A DNA stretch of 62,375 nt, counting the filler, from Choristocarpus tenellus KU-1152 (Eukaryota > Protista > Phaeophyceae): the NCBI GenBank assembly GCA_964200185.2. It is 7 parts of 7 records of this genome, joined end to end, with 100 filler letters (N's around TTAATTAATTAA, not from the genome) between each part and the next. Parts side by side here need not be neighbours in the genome. Positions count along the whole stretch, not along the records: positions 44,551 to 59,239 come from CAXNAD020001136.1; positions 59,340 to 62,375 come from CAXNAD020022779.1; 5 more parts are not named here. One strand, written 5' to 3'. Position numbers and translations under genes: made by a program. Below, one piece after another: positions 51,005 to 62,375 of the stretch (positions within the stretch are counted from its first letter, which is position 1; every line of letters begins with the position of its first letter). The notes beneath the pieces were generated by a model. It searched no databases and was not told the DNA's origin. It saw only the letters and a list, made by a program, of their open reading frames with translations.

Positions 51005-52999
51005 ATGGCAAGTCCGGAATCCTTCTATGCTGGGTTGGGCTTGGCCTTGGCTGTAATGGTCTCCACGCTGGTTCTGTATTATCGCAGGTCCAATCGAGAG
51101 GCAGGAGGGGGAAAGGTGACCGAGACCCCAGCGACTGAAGAAGGCGACTCGTTGGCCTTTCCGGGTGGGACTCTCAGTGTTTACTTCGCCTCGCAAACAG
51201 GAACAGCCGAGGGATTTTCGAGGATTATCGCTGAAGAGGGTCGACGACACGGTTTCAAGACATGTGTCGTGGACCTGGAAGACTTCGAGGAGGAACAACT
51301 ACGGACCACAGGCAAGGCGATATTTCTCATGTCCACATATGGAGAAGGGGAACCACCTGACAATGCCATTGCCTTTTCGGCTTGGTTGGCCGACGAGGAA
51401 GGGGTACTGGAAAGCTCTCACCTTGCAGGCCTGGAGGTGGCGGTGTTTGGTCTTGGAAACAGACAGTATGACCACTACAATCAAATGGGAAAGAGAACAG
51501 ACGCTGGCTTGGAGAAGCTTGGAACCAAGCGTATGTACATGTACGGGGAAGGAGACGATGATGGTTCACTGGAGGAGGATTTCGAAGCTTGGAAGGAGGG
51601 GTTGTGGCCAGCCCTAGCGGAAAGGTTTGGTCAAGGTGGAACCCAAATCGATGCAACTCTACATAGCATTCCATTGAAGGTGGTTTACCTGACACAGGAC
51701 GAGGCAGTGGTTGCCACGCCTGTACTTGAAGCGGAGGCTGCCTCATCTACCAAGTTCTTCTGGTGCAGCAAGGATGCCACTATTGTCGTCAACCGCGAGC
51801 TCAGGACTCTGGGGGTGGGCATGGGCTCTACACGTCATATCGAGATAAGCCTTGAAGGAACGGGTATCCACTACGAGACCGCAGACAATCTTGCAGTTTT
51901 GCCTGAAAACGACCTCGGTGCAGTCGAGGACCTTTGTAAACAGCTTGGCTATGACCCTGACGCTATCTTCTCGCTTGAGTATAAGGATGGTAACAAAGCC
52001 ATATTCCCTACTCCATGTACAACCAGGAAAGCATTCCAGTCTTACCTCGATGTCATGAGTATCCCTCGTCGGAGTCTCCTTGAACAATTTGTCCCATACG
52101 TGAGCGATGAAGTGGAGAGGGAAATGTTGCGGCGGCTTAGCTCCAAGGATGGTCGCATGGAGTACCACGAGATGATCGAGGGGGCAGGAAAAACTCTATC
52201 CGAAGTCATAATCAGTGATGTGCCCTCCCTGCGCCTCCCACTTGAGAACTTTTTGCACATTGTTCCACACCTCCACCCTCGCTACTACACTATTTCTTCA
52301 TCAAAAGTCGTTCATCCAACAAACGTTCACCTGACAGTAGCCCTGCTGGAAACGGAGATGAGTAAGGGACGTGTGTACCGAGGTATATGCTCTAGTTACC
52401 TTGGCAAGCTTGTCCCTCATGGAGGTGAGACTGGTGGGAAAAATTCGTGGAATGGGAAAATACAGAGTGGAAGCCAAGGTCAGGTATGTGCATGTAAGGT
52501 GTTTGTTCGACCCTCAACCTTCAGGCTGCCGGAAAAGTCAACCACCCCAATCATCATGATTGGACCAGGGACAGGTGTGGCGCCCATGAGAGCACTACTG
52601 CAGGAGCGGGCTTTCAGGAAAAGACAAGGGGATCCTGTGGGTAAGAACATTCTCTATTTTGGGTGCAGGCATAGGGACCAGGATTATATTTACAGAGACG
52701 AACTTGAGGCATATGTGTTGAACGGTACTCTGGACAGTCTACGGCTTGCTTTCAGCAGGGAAGAGGAACAGAAAGTTTATGTTCAGCACCTCCTTTCTGA
52801 GGATGCGAAAGTTGTATGGAGCCTGCTGAATGAGGGAGCGTATGTATATGTGTGTGGGGGTACATCGATGGGTAATGACGTCCATAAAGAATTGTCTTCC
52901 ATCATGAGGTTGCAGGGTGCCATGAGTGATGAGGAGGCCAAGGAGTACTTGCATAACCTACATGTTTCAGGGCGTTATGTTCAGGAACTTTGGTCATAG
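51005..52999 (+). CDS. POR: NADPH-cytochrome P450 reductase, single exon
   Basis: N-terminal membrane anchor; FMN motifs FASQTGTAE, STYGEGEPPDNA and VFGLGN; FAD motif PRYYTISSS; NADPH motifs MIGPGTGVAP, YFGCR, KVYVQH and YVCG; ends in ELWS. First ATG at 51005. Confidence 0.97.
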   Translation: MASPESFYAGLGLALAVMVSTLVLYYRRSNREAGGGKVTETPATEEGDSLAFPGGTLSVYFASQTGTAEGFSRIIAEEGRRHGFKTCVVDLEDFEEEQLRTTGKAIFLMSTYGEGEPPDNAIAFSAWLADEEGVLESSHLAGLEVAVFGLGNRQYDHYNQMGKRTDAGLEKLGTKRMYMYGEGDDDGSLEEDFEAWKEGLWPALAERFGQGGTQIDATLHSIPLKVVYLTQDEAVVATPVLEAEAASSTKFFWCSKDATIVVNRELRTLGVGMGSTRHIEISLEGTGIHYETADNLAVLPENDLGAVEDLCKQLGYDPDAIFSLEYKDGNKAIFPTPCTTRKAFQSYLDVMSIPRRSLLEQFVPYVSDEVEREMLRRLSSKDGRMEYHEMIEGAGKTLSEVIISDVPSLRLPLENFLHIVPHLHPRYYTISSSKVVHPTNVHLTVALLETEMSKGRVYRGICSSYLGKLVPHGGETGGKNSWNGKIQSGSQGQVCACKVFVRPSTFRLPEKSTTPIIMIGPGTGVAPMRALLQERAFRKRQGDPVGKNILYFGCRHRDQDYIYRDELEAYVLNGTLDSLRLAFSREEEQKVYVQHLLSEDAKVVWSLLNEGAYVYVCGGTSMGNDVHKELSSIMRLQGAMSDEEAKEYLHNLHVSGRYVQELWS

Positions 53000-53879
53000 C
53001 ACATTCATTGCGTACAGATTGATTAGGGACTTTAAAAGGCACAAGTTTTTAAGCATGCAGAATTTTGAGGTCACAGGGAGTGAAGCAGTCCAAGACTACC
53101 TTGGTTCTGGGCAGGAATGAATATTTTAAAACTACCAGTGCAATTGTTGTCAGCTGTTGTTGCATGGAGAGTGCTTGGGAGTGTGGAACCAGGGACTCTT
53201 TTTGGTGGTGGGGAAATAGTCTGTATCAAAGTAACTAAAAGTGTTGAGGATAAGAGGAGTTAATCCTATACAATCTTTTTGCAGCATCTTGGCAGGGAGA
53301 CACAAGGCGATGGTTGATTTACTCACTCAACACATTTTGCAACAGCTAGCATCAAACCAAGGATTGAATTTGACTGCACATGATATCATGCTCTCCCTAT
53401 GCTTACTGTGTGGATTGTATGTGCCATGCCTGGTTGCTATTGATAGCTAAAAATTCTGGATGTGGAGAAATAAGTTGTCAATAGAGTCTCATCTCTTTGA
53501 ATACCTGTTGTTATGTGAGAAAGTGATGCAGGGTGTGCATATTGAGATGACTCATGCTGCTTTCGCCTATGCATCCCATGGTGATAATGACAAACTCTGG
53601 AGACCCTTCACAGGCAGTACCGAATTCTGTTGTGGAAGTTTTTCTTTCAACTTGTTTTGTTCCTACACCCCACAGCTGACCTTATCTTCATACCACCAGC
53701 CCTACAGCCTCTCGTTCACAAGCCATTACACTGCATTTGAGTCCAATCAATCATCTCGACATGAGCATGAGCATTTTCGTCTTTCTGAAATGAGACTGCA
53801 AACCTGTCATTTGGTTTGTTGATTTCTCCTAAAGAAGAAGACATGCCATGGCATGGTGTTTCTATAAACTTACACAGGA

Positions 53880-54990
53880 AAATTCTTGGTCAACACATCT
53901 GCTCTCTGACTTGCTGTACCAACAAAAATAACACCGGTCCCATCCTCTAAAAAAACCAAATCCATCATAAAAGCATGTCAGATATCTATGTGCTTGGTCT
54001 GGGTTGAGCTGGTTGATTTATGTACCAACTTGTATGCTCCATTGTTTGAAAGAAAAAGAACTCCTGTGGAACACTGCTAAGGGCTAGGTATAGCTCTCCG
54101 TACAAGACAGAGAACTACAACCATCTTAGACCTGTGGCATCCAAGCTATTGCTCCACCAGTCACTGATCTATGATCACCGTAGTCTCCAGCATAGCAACC
54201 ATCTACATACACGCTCCACTCACACCCATTATCAATACCAAAATCAATCCAACACTCAGACACCTATTCAAATATGCCAAGAGATACTTAACTGCATGCC
54301 AGTGAGCAAGCACCCTTGGTACTATTACTGTACTTGGGTACAAACTGCATTGGCAACGTCTAGCAATGTTATCACTGTTCTCCACATTAAACAACCAAAA
54401 GTATCTCTGAACGGAAAATGACCGTTTGATACAAAGGTTAACTCTTTTGTCTGTCGGAAGTTCTTGAGGGACCATGTCTCTTTCCTTTGCCCCTCCAATC
54501 TAAATCTCGTCCAAGTGCTCCAATGACTTAGTCTAACTAATGCTGATGATTTTTGAAAATTCTGTTGTTCTGTTGTGAAAAATTTCACAGCAAACACAAT
54601 ACTCCAATTCACCAAAACCTTCCATCAAAAATTGCTCCTCAGTCCTGGAGCAAACCCAAATTAAAAAAGCATGCAGTCCTGCAACCGTAAGGTCATCAGT
54701 GTGGTTGGCTATCTCTTTACATATTTCGCCATTTTCTACAAGTTTAACACAGAGGTATCTGCTCTGCACTGCTCAAAGTCACACTGCTCCAAAACATGCA
54801 CCAACAAGTTAATGAGCTCTCTGTGTGCCTAATTGATCCCATACAGTGCGTTTTCAGTAAACAAACAATCCTCCCCGACCATGGTCCATGCACCCATCAC
54901 ACAAACGAACATCAATCTCTTCCTAAGTCTCTGCCTGGATACAAAATTGCTTTATATCCAAATGCATCAATTCCCATCCGCTGTCTGTGA
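53880..54990 (-). mobile_element. Decayed Ty1/copia pol (RT-RNase H)
   Basis: ENALYGIN, HTDDLTVAG, FLMEGFGELEYCV, HWHAVKYLLAYL, DGCYAGDYGDHRSVTGGAIAW appear in canonical order across several frames. Confidence 0.82.
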
Positions 54991-56773
54991 CTGTAGCCAA
55001 AACCTTTCTCGACGACACAGTTGATGGTGGTATCGGGAGAAGAGTATGGTATCTTTTAAACCGTCAATCTGACGAAAGGTTGTTACTATTACCAAACGCA
55101 CCACGTCTTGTACCTCACTACCTCTCCAAATTTGTAGGTCTTACGCTTAAGCATCTTCAAGTAATCTAGAGGAATTGCAGCTAGGGCTGGAGTGACTGGA
55201 TATAGCCACACTCAACCATGACCTCAGAGGGATACGAGACCGAACTCCTTCAGCTACTACAATATTTCCCACTTGTTTTTGAACGTCCATCGAAAAGGAA
55301 GTCCTTATCACTTACGTTGTCCATTTTGAGTCGCAGGACGTGGGTCGCGAAAAAAGTAGTTCTCGTCGGTCCGATTGCCTTTATATCGCACTTTGTGACA
55401 CACTGAGAGGGACCTCGTCACACTGGAAGCAACGATGAGTAGTAAGTGCGAATAGAGGGGAAACACCTCCAAACTGCTAACAACCATTGTTGGCGAGGCA
55501 AATTATCCCCAACCAAGGATACTTACCTGCCCACTACGTTTTACTGCGTGTAACCAATGTGTGTGTAGGTACCATTATTATTGTGGGGGAATTGAAGAGA
55601 TTGCACACCTTGCTTCGCGGAATGAAGGTTATGCGGAATGAAGGTTATGACAACGACCATATATGTACAACACATACCTACAAATGTATTCTTCTTATTT
55701 AATGATTTTTTCATGCTGTGTACGGAAAGGGAAACTAAACCTCCACTACTACTTGTTCCATCAACTTGCTGCACTGCAACTAATCTCTTACACTGCCTAT
55801 CTATGTCCGTGCCTTGCTCAGGGGACCATTCCACATTGCCCAGATTAGTGATCTAAGCACAATGACCAGCGTGGATACAAGTGGTAAATATACGAAAGAA
55901 GATAGTATTAGGTCCAGCCTCAGCTTGCGAAGCGCTTTTGAGTGTACATCTGTATAAGCTTAAAATAAGCACCTGACAAGGGCAAAGAAATAACTTGATC
56001 CAAATAGAGAACAAACAGAAAGATTGTGAACAGAAATAATTTTTAATAATGTAGAGAAATGTACTCTACAAGAAATGCAACGAAAAAGGCACCAATAAAA
56101 TGTGTAACCATTAGTTTCGGTAGTATTTACTACTACAACATACTTACTACTTTGTTAACATGAAAGAAATTTCCCACAACAATAGTAGTAGTATATATTA
56201 TAGTACATGTAATGGCGTCTGGTTCTGTGTGATGGGGGGTGATGAGAACCACCAGAGATGAGGTTCAGACAGGAGGAAGTGAAAGATGAGACTGAGGCAT
56301 GTTGGGTGTATGTTGACAACCTCAGAGTGCCATGTGGATCAATCTTCAACGTGATTGATTGTGATCAGCCATAACATCAGAAAACACAATATCGGCTTTG
56401 CTGGTTTGAATCCATCGTTCATGTCGGGGTTACCGCGTGCCAGTCATGCTCCTGACCCACGACACATCACTTGACCTGACCTCAATCGCAAAAGGTGACG
56501 CGCGCAAATATATATATATATGACTGCGCGTATTATCCTCATTAATGTTGGAGATCTCAAAAAAGGTGACATACATTACTCCAATAATTCTAAATAAATA
56601 TTGGTACTGAACACATTATTATTGATGGTATATTACCTGTATGTAATCCTCTATAAACACAAGGCCTCGACAGTTTTGAGAGAGATCAAAATTTGAAATT
56701 CCTGGTACAATATAGTTAGTACTATAAGCATCAATAAAGGTGTGGGGAGTTTGAAGGGGATTAAGCAGGCAGC

Positions 56774-58760
56774 ATGGCCGCTCTAGAGAAACACATGCTC
56801 AAAGAGCTTTTGCTCGTGTGCAGTGCACTGGGGAGCATGGAAAGTGAGGATGATGGGGCGAAGGAAAGATTTGTTCGAGGGGAGAACTGCTTAGAGTGGC
56901 TACAGGATTTGCAGAGGTGACTTGGCAAGATTAGCGCAATAGTGTTGTTCATGGGTTTACACCTCTCCCATGGGTTACAAGTGTTAAAAAAAATCGTTTT
57001 ACTGGCCACGAACCTGCACAGGGCGTTGAGGAGGGATGACGATCAGACAAGAGACATTTTGATCACCTTGGCTTCGTGGAAGGTGCTTCAGATGAAGCTC
57101 ATTCCTCTCATTCTGGAGTGCAGAGACGACGCAGATCTTGTCAAGACCCTGCTGAAACTCTATGTTATGCTTACTATGCCAATGACTAAGCAGACTGAGG
57201 ATACGCTCCTGAAACCCGTCAACCCAAAGGCAGAGGGTGACGTTAGGGATCAGCAGGCTCGAAGGAGGGAGAATGCCTCAGCGCAGCAGGCAAGGTGTCA
57301 ATGATTGACTAGCATAGCTCATGTTGATATCCAGAATACAATTGAAGGAAGATATCAATACGGCATTGGTGGGTGGTCTTTCTAGGCTGGAAAATGTCTC
57401 AAGGGCATCTAGGTCGCACAAGCGCAGAACCTGTAATGAGGGCTTACATTCATTGTGTGCCATCAGCACTCTAATCCCAGTTGACCTTCCGGGGGGCCAT
57501 TTCCATCCATTGACTAGGACTGACGATGCCGAGGCGGCTTTAACCTCTGCTCTATAACATGTACTTCATTTTTCTCGTACTTACAGGCCAGCCTGCAGGC
57601 ATTCAAGCGTGCCTTCGTTTCAAAGGATGTTTTGGAAGTCATTGTTGGTGTATTGGAAGAGCCACTAAGTCACACAGGAGTGGCACGTACAGATGAAGAC
57701 AATTTCATCATGGAACTGTGCCTAACGCTGCTAAGGAACATCTTGAATATCAAGGATCCTGTCCCTGGAACAAATTCTGTTGCCGACCACATGATGCAGT
57801 TGCAAGAGCAGCTAGTTGTCTTGTTCCAGGATGCGCTTCTTCTCGACATCCTCTTGCTGCTTGCCCAGGATGTCACTTCCCGTGAAAATGCTAAGCTTAA
57901 TCTGCTGCTAGTTGAAATATTCCACAGTATCCTCAAGGGCCAGGAGCCTGGTGCCATTATTTCCTCCCATCAAGAATCCCTCTCAAGAGTGAACCAGAAC
58001 CACAATGGAAAGCGAGTCCACTCACAGCAGAGCGCTGTTGGAGGCATGCTGTCAAGTTTGCTGACAAAGGAAAGGGATAAGCGCTCCCTGGCCTCATCAC
58101 AGATGAACAGGTTTGTCAGATAACATGGAGAGTGGGCGCCCCTACGCCCACCCCATGGTGTACCATACATGACATATATATCATACATGACAGACACAAA
58201 TGGTATACCATACCATACATGACAGACACACCTTGCACTGGATTCGAACCCTGCCTTTGCCAGCATTGCTTGAGGCATTTTTGCTGAACTGCTGTCCCCC
58301 TTATCCCACAGTCGTCACTCAAGGTTTGGGGGCAACCTGCAACTGGGGGGGGGGGATGGTGCGGTGAGAATGTTGGCTAATCCTTTCTTGGATCCTACTG
58401 ACAGCATACCCCAAGCTTCCCGAAAGAAGGTGAAGAAGAACAGTACCTTCTCTGTCAATGACGCATCTTCTGCTTCTCAGGGAGTTTCTGACAGGTGAAG
58501 TCCCCAACACTGGGCTGAGTCAGGCGTGGTTGATTATGCAACAAAAGGGTGTTACGAGGGTGATCTTATTTGCTGTGTGGTTATTTCTTCTTTGTCCCTT
58601 TCTTTTCAATTTCTCGACTTCTTTCTTCTTTCTCCCTTTCCCTCTCTCTCCCTCTCTCTCCCTCTCCAGTCACAGGGCAGTGCAAGCCCGCCGATCTCTG
58701 TTCTCGTTCTGCTCGTCCTTTGTAGAGACTGCATACGACCCATTTATGCGCAGCATTAAG
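56774..58760 (+). CDS. TIMELESS: TIMELESS/Tof1 family protein, first five exons (3' part missing)
   Basis: Exons 56774-56916, 57022-57289, 57587-58110, 58312-58494 and ~58670-58760. Motifs VCSALG, CLEWLQDLQRALRRDD, LTMP, LTLLRNIL and SRHSRFGG. Confidence 0.9.
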
Positions 58761-61326
58761 GTATGACATTTTAAAGGTATAGTGTATTGGCTATTGCAGC
58801 CTGCCCTGCCTGTACACAAGTAGCACCTCTATACCTGGTTGAGTGAGTGCTCTCTATATCTCAATAGTTTGCCATGCCAAAGAATTGCAAAGAATGGAAG
58901 TGCATCTTTTAAACTATAAATACACTATAAGAATTCTGCTGTCGCTCGAGTGAAAGTAGCCAAAGTAACTGAAGTAACTGGGAAGGTTCTGCTGCTGAAT
59001 TCGAAGGATTGGAAGGATTGGAAGGATTGAAAGGACCCCTCCGATTTTCTGGTGGTACATGTTGGTGGAGCACTCAACCCACGGCTTGGAGTGTTTTTTG
59101 TCTGATTAGTAGCTATGTTTTTCCTGCAAAATCAGGTTATCCCTATCAATTCCCTTTTTTAAATTTTAAACAAAGTTAGGAAAGAAACGCCTCTGAAACT
59201 CAAAGCAGCCAAACACCCCCCCCAGCACCGTCCCCGACANNNNNNNNNNNNNNNNNNNNNNNNNNNNNNNNNNNNNNNNNNNNTTAATTAATTAANNNNN
59301 NNNNNNNNNNNNNNNNNNNNNNNNNNNNNNNNNNNNNNNCCAGGTTCAGATGGGGGCTCATGGTTGTGGTCCGCTAGTCGCAGTAACAACTTTCCGCCAC
59401 TCCCCTGCTGTGACGTAGGTGGATCCATACCACCAGCACCAGTGTTCAGCATCCCATCAGTACTTCCATTCTCCATAGTGTTCTTCGCATCTGTTCCACC
59501 TTCCCCCACGTTCAAGTTTCGAATCCAATCAAGGCTTGTGATTCTACACATTCTTTAACATAGTCATTTGTTGTGGTAGTAGTGGACGTAGCACCACCTT
59601 TCCATATGCTATCTTGTTATTATTATTATTAATATTATTGTTATTGTTGCTATTATTACTATTATTGTTATTATTATTGTTGTTACGTGTGTTTGTTTGT
59701 TTTTATAATTGTGCCTAGGCAACAAGCACTCAATGCGGCAGGCCGTTTTTTGAAGGTTACTATGGCATTTTGATTGCGGTGGTATTTTTTGGTTCACTCC
59801 GCCTTGAGTAGCATGTTGTTGTGATTAATTATAGAGGGCATGTTGTTTGTCTTTTCCCTTTGGAGGTAGGGGGTGGTGTCCAAGGGCAGTCCGAATTCTT
59901 TTTAGACCCCTACTATCTAGAGATCCTTTTCTGGGGTATACGCAGCTTCTTTTTTTTTGTCTGGAAATTTTGTTTCCATCCCTGGAATACAATCAACCCC
60001 CCCCCCCCCCCCCCCCTTTGCGGGTGGGGTTTGCCCGCTGGAGTGAGGGTGGGNNNNNNNNNNTTTTTTTTTTTGTTGTGGATTTTTTTCTCGCGCCTGG
60101 GTATACTCTCCCCCCCCCCCCCCCCCCCCTTTGGGTGGTATGGGTATGCCTGTAGAGGAGAAGGGTGGACGGACATACGTCCACATCAATGGAAAACAAC
60201 CTTACAGGGTCTTAGAGGGTTTGATGCACCAGAAAAGACGATTGCAGGGGGCCCCCAAATAGTTCAAAAGACTCCCTACTCTTGAGATCGGATACGGCTC
60301 AAATTTCACCCACGCTCCTGAAGGACCAGGGTTAGGGTTAGGGTTAGGTTTAAGTGTTTGAACTGATTTTCTTTGGAGTGTTTTTTTTTACAGTAGTGCA
60401 TGTTGGGGTATGGTTTGGAAGAAGTTACAAAAAAATAGCATTTTTTTTTTAGATTAAAAAAAAAAGTTTTTTAGTACATTTTTTTTAGAATTTTTATTAA
60501 GATGGGGAGGGGGGATGCTGCAAGTAAAAGGGGTAGCGAGCATGGCAATCATTAGTTAGGTGATCAAGGTCAAGTTAGGTAGGTAGGTAGGAAGGTATAT
60601 TCTACTGCTGTTGCAGGGCTGCTTGTGTTTTTTTTTTAAGTTAGGTTGTGATTTTGTCACTGCAGTCGTTGGCTCTTTTGAGTAGCATGGAGGTGTTTTT
60701 GATTCATTGGGTCGGTTTTAGTGTGTTAATTTAGTTTATTGCTTTTGTTGGAAGTTATTTTTTTCAAAAGTACTCTTTTTTTTCTATATATTTTATTTAT
60801 ATTTTTCCTTTTTTTATTTACGCTTGTTGTGTGTTGTGATGATGATGGGTTCTTGTCTCTCAATGACCGGATAAAAAAATATACATTTTTAAATGAATTA
60901 ATTTTGTGCATCACCTTTTTTTTTGTTTATGTGGTGCGCCATGCATGCATGCATGCATCCATGCAATAATACATTGCCTACATAGGAACGAGCCCAACCA
61001 TGCCAATGGAGGAGTGATCATCCAAGAGGTGGTAGGAGAGTCAGCAGATAAGACTTTAAGAGGAACATGGCAAGATTCAGAACAAGTCTGCCCTGTTGGT
61101 GAGTTAGTGGCTGGTTGTGGTTGAGGATAATATTTGAGTTTGAGCATATGAATGAAACCATTTTAGAAGGGGGTCGATTCCCCCCCACCCCCGCCTTTGA
61201 GACAGACAGCGTATGGGTGTAGAAGAAAGTTGCCTGCGAAGGGGTTTGTGGTAGCCAAAAGCACCCCATAACAGTCGACATAACAGTCTGCAAGGGTCCT
61301 CGAGAATCAACAGCATTCCTTCCTTA

Positions 61327-61442
61327 GATCAAGTCACTCTGTGTGCTTGTAGATGGATCAAGTCACTCTGTGTGCTTGTAGATGGATCAAGTCACTCTGT
61401 GTGCTTGTAGATGGATCAAGTCACTCTGTGTGCTTGTAGATG
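61327..61442. repeat. 29-bp tandem repeat x4
   Basis: GATCAAGTCACTCTGTGTGCTTGTAGATG repeated four times with no spacers. Confidence 0.95.
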
Positions 61443-62324
61443 GGTAGTTCATTGTGTTGTGCAGGTGACCAATATGACTGTGTGTGTGTAGGTGTGTAGG
61501 TATGTGTGTGTGTCTTTATAATAATTCTGACTCTTGTCTTCACTTCACTTTTTGAGGGTTTTGTCTTTCTCTCCTGGTCTGGGATGTTCTGTTGATTGTT
61601 GTGTGCTGGGAGAGATCCCTTACGTCCACGTGCAAGGTTGGTTAGTGACGGTTACACAATTTCGGTTGAGCTAACTCTACTCTCCTCTTTCTTTTTTAAA
61701 GGCTGAACAAATATAATAATAAATGCTGTGTCTTGTGTGTTGGTGTGTGTGTGTGTGTGTGTGTTAGAAATGATAATAAACACTTCTTAGCATGCATTTT
61801 GCTATTTTTAGTGCTTCTCCACAGCAAGGTCGCAGAAAAGGCAACGTCATGTATATCCTACAACCAGAGGCAATGGATATTTTGTGAGTCTGCATGGTAA
61901 TTGTTTCCGACATAGTTGGAGGTTGAAAGAACAGCTGTTCGCATCTCTGCCCCCCAGTCAAGATATCTATAGTTGTAGTATTGTGTGACTTCAAAATGCA
62001 GCACCTGCTGCTGCTTTTGATTACTTGTGAAGGAATCGTACATAGATATATGCTGATTGATGCAATATAGAGATTTATGTCGATACCAAGCAAACTTGCT
62101 CACATGGTCTGCATGTGTGTGTGTGTGTGTTGTGTGTGATTACATTTACCTCAGAGGCGATTCTCCCGGAAGTCCTTTCACCTTGTTGGGTGGCGTCCTC
62201 AACGCGTGATACAGCTAACCTACTGGGGTGCGTGTCCCAACTGTTAACCAGTGTGTCAGAGGTGAGTGAGACTGAATCGACCCTGAGTGAGATTGAATCA
62301 AATCCTGCAGCTTCAGCCCCACTT

Positions 62325-62375
62325 GGCTCAAAGAATCTTGGGGGGGGGGGGGGGGGGGAGGTGTGTGTGTTTTTG
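62325..62375 (+). mobile_element. Probable left end of MITE family A
   Basis: GGCTCAAAGAATCTTG followed by a G-run, as in other copies. Confidence 0.5.

Noticed and set aside
51165-52954. Alternative-frame and antisense ORFs within POR (likewise within the SDR, tilS and dynamin)
   Set aside because: Shadow ORFs of real coding sequence.
9684-59339. Six N-runs each containing TTAATTAATTAA (9684, 13698, 22772, 33635, 44451, 59240)
   Set aside because: Artificial 100-nt contig linkers with stops in all six frames; not biological. Adjacency across them is uncertain.
59340-61090. Exon-like segments at 59340-59551 and ~60985-61070 as a TIMELESS continuation
   Set aside because: Beyond an assembly gap, in low-quality sequence, with no recognisable TIMELESS motifs.
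61327-61442. 29-bp repeats of CRISPR-like length
   Set aside because: Head-to-tail with no spacers, no cas genes, and a eukaryotic context.

Overview
Eukaryotic nuclear DNA, intron-rich and repeat-rich. It is inferred to come from a photosynthetic stramenopile (brown alga or relative), based on splice style, TTAGGG runs and a signal-peptide-bearing TilS. The window holds seven contigs joined by 100-nt N-spacers containing the artificial linker TTAATTAATTAA. Host genes are tRNA-Ser(GCT), the last two exons of an ABCD-type transporter, an 8-exon tRNA(Ile)-lysidine synthetase (tilS), a 2-exon SDR head-to-head with an intronless NADPH-cytochrome P450 reductase, and the first five exons of TIMELESS. 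A frameshifted Mx/dynamin-like pseudogene is also present. Mobile DNA includes two decayed Ty1/copia relics, LINE relics, CRE-like (RLE endonuclease) non-LTR 3' fragments tied to a ~110-bp hairpin repeat, and about 15 copies of two MITE families sharing one TIR core. The best leads are the apparent site-specific CRE-like insertions in the repeat array, the MITE pair with variable termini and mixed 3/4-bp TSDs, and recurrent GC-AG introns.
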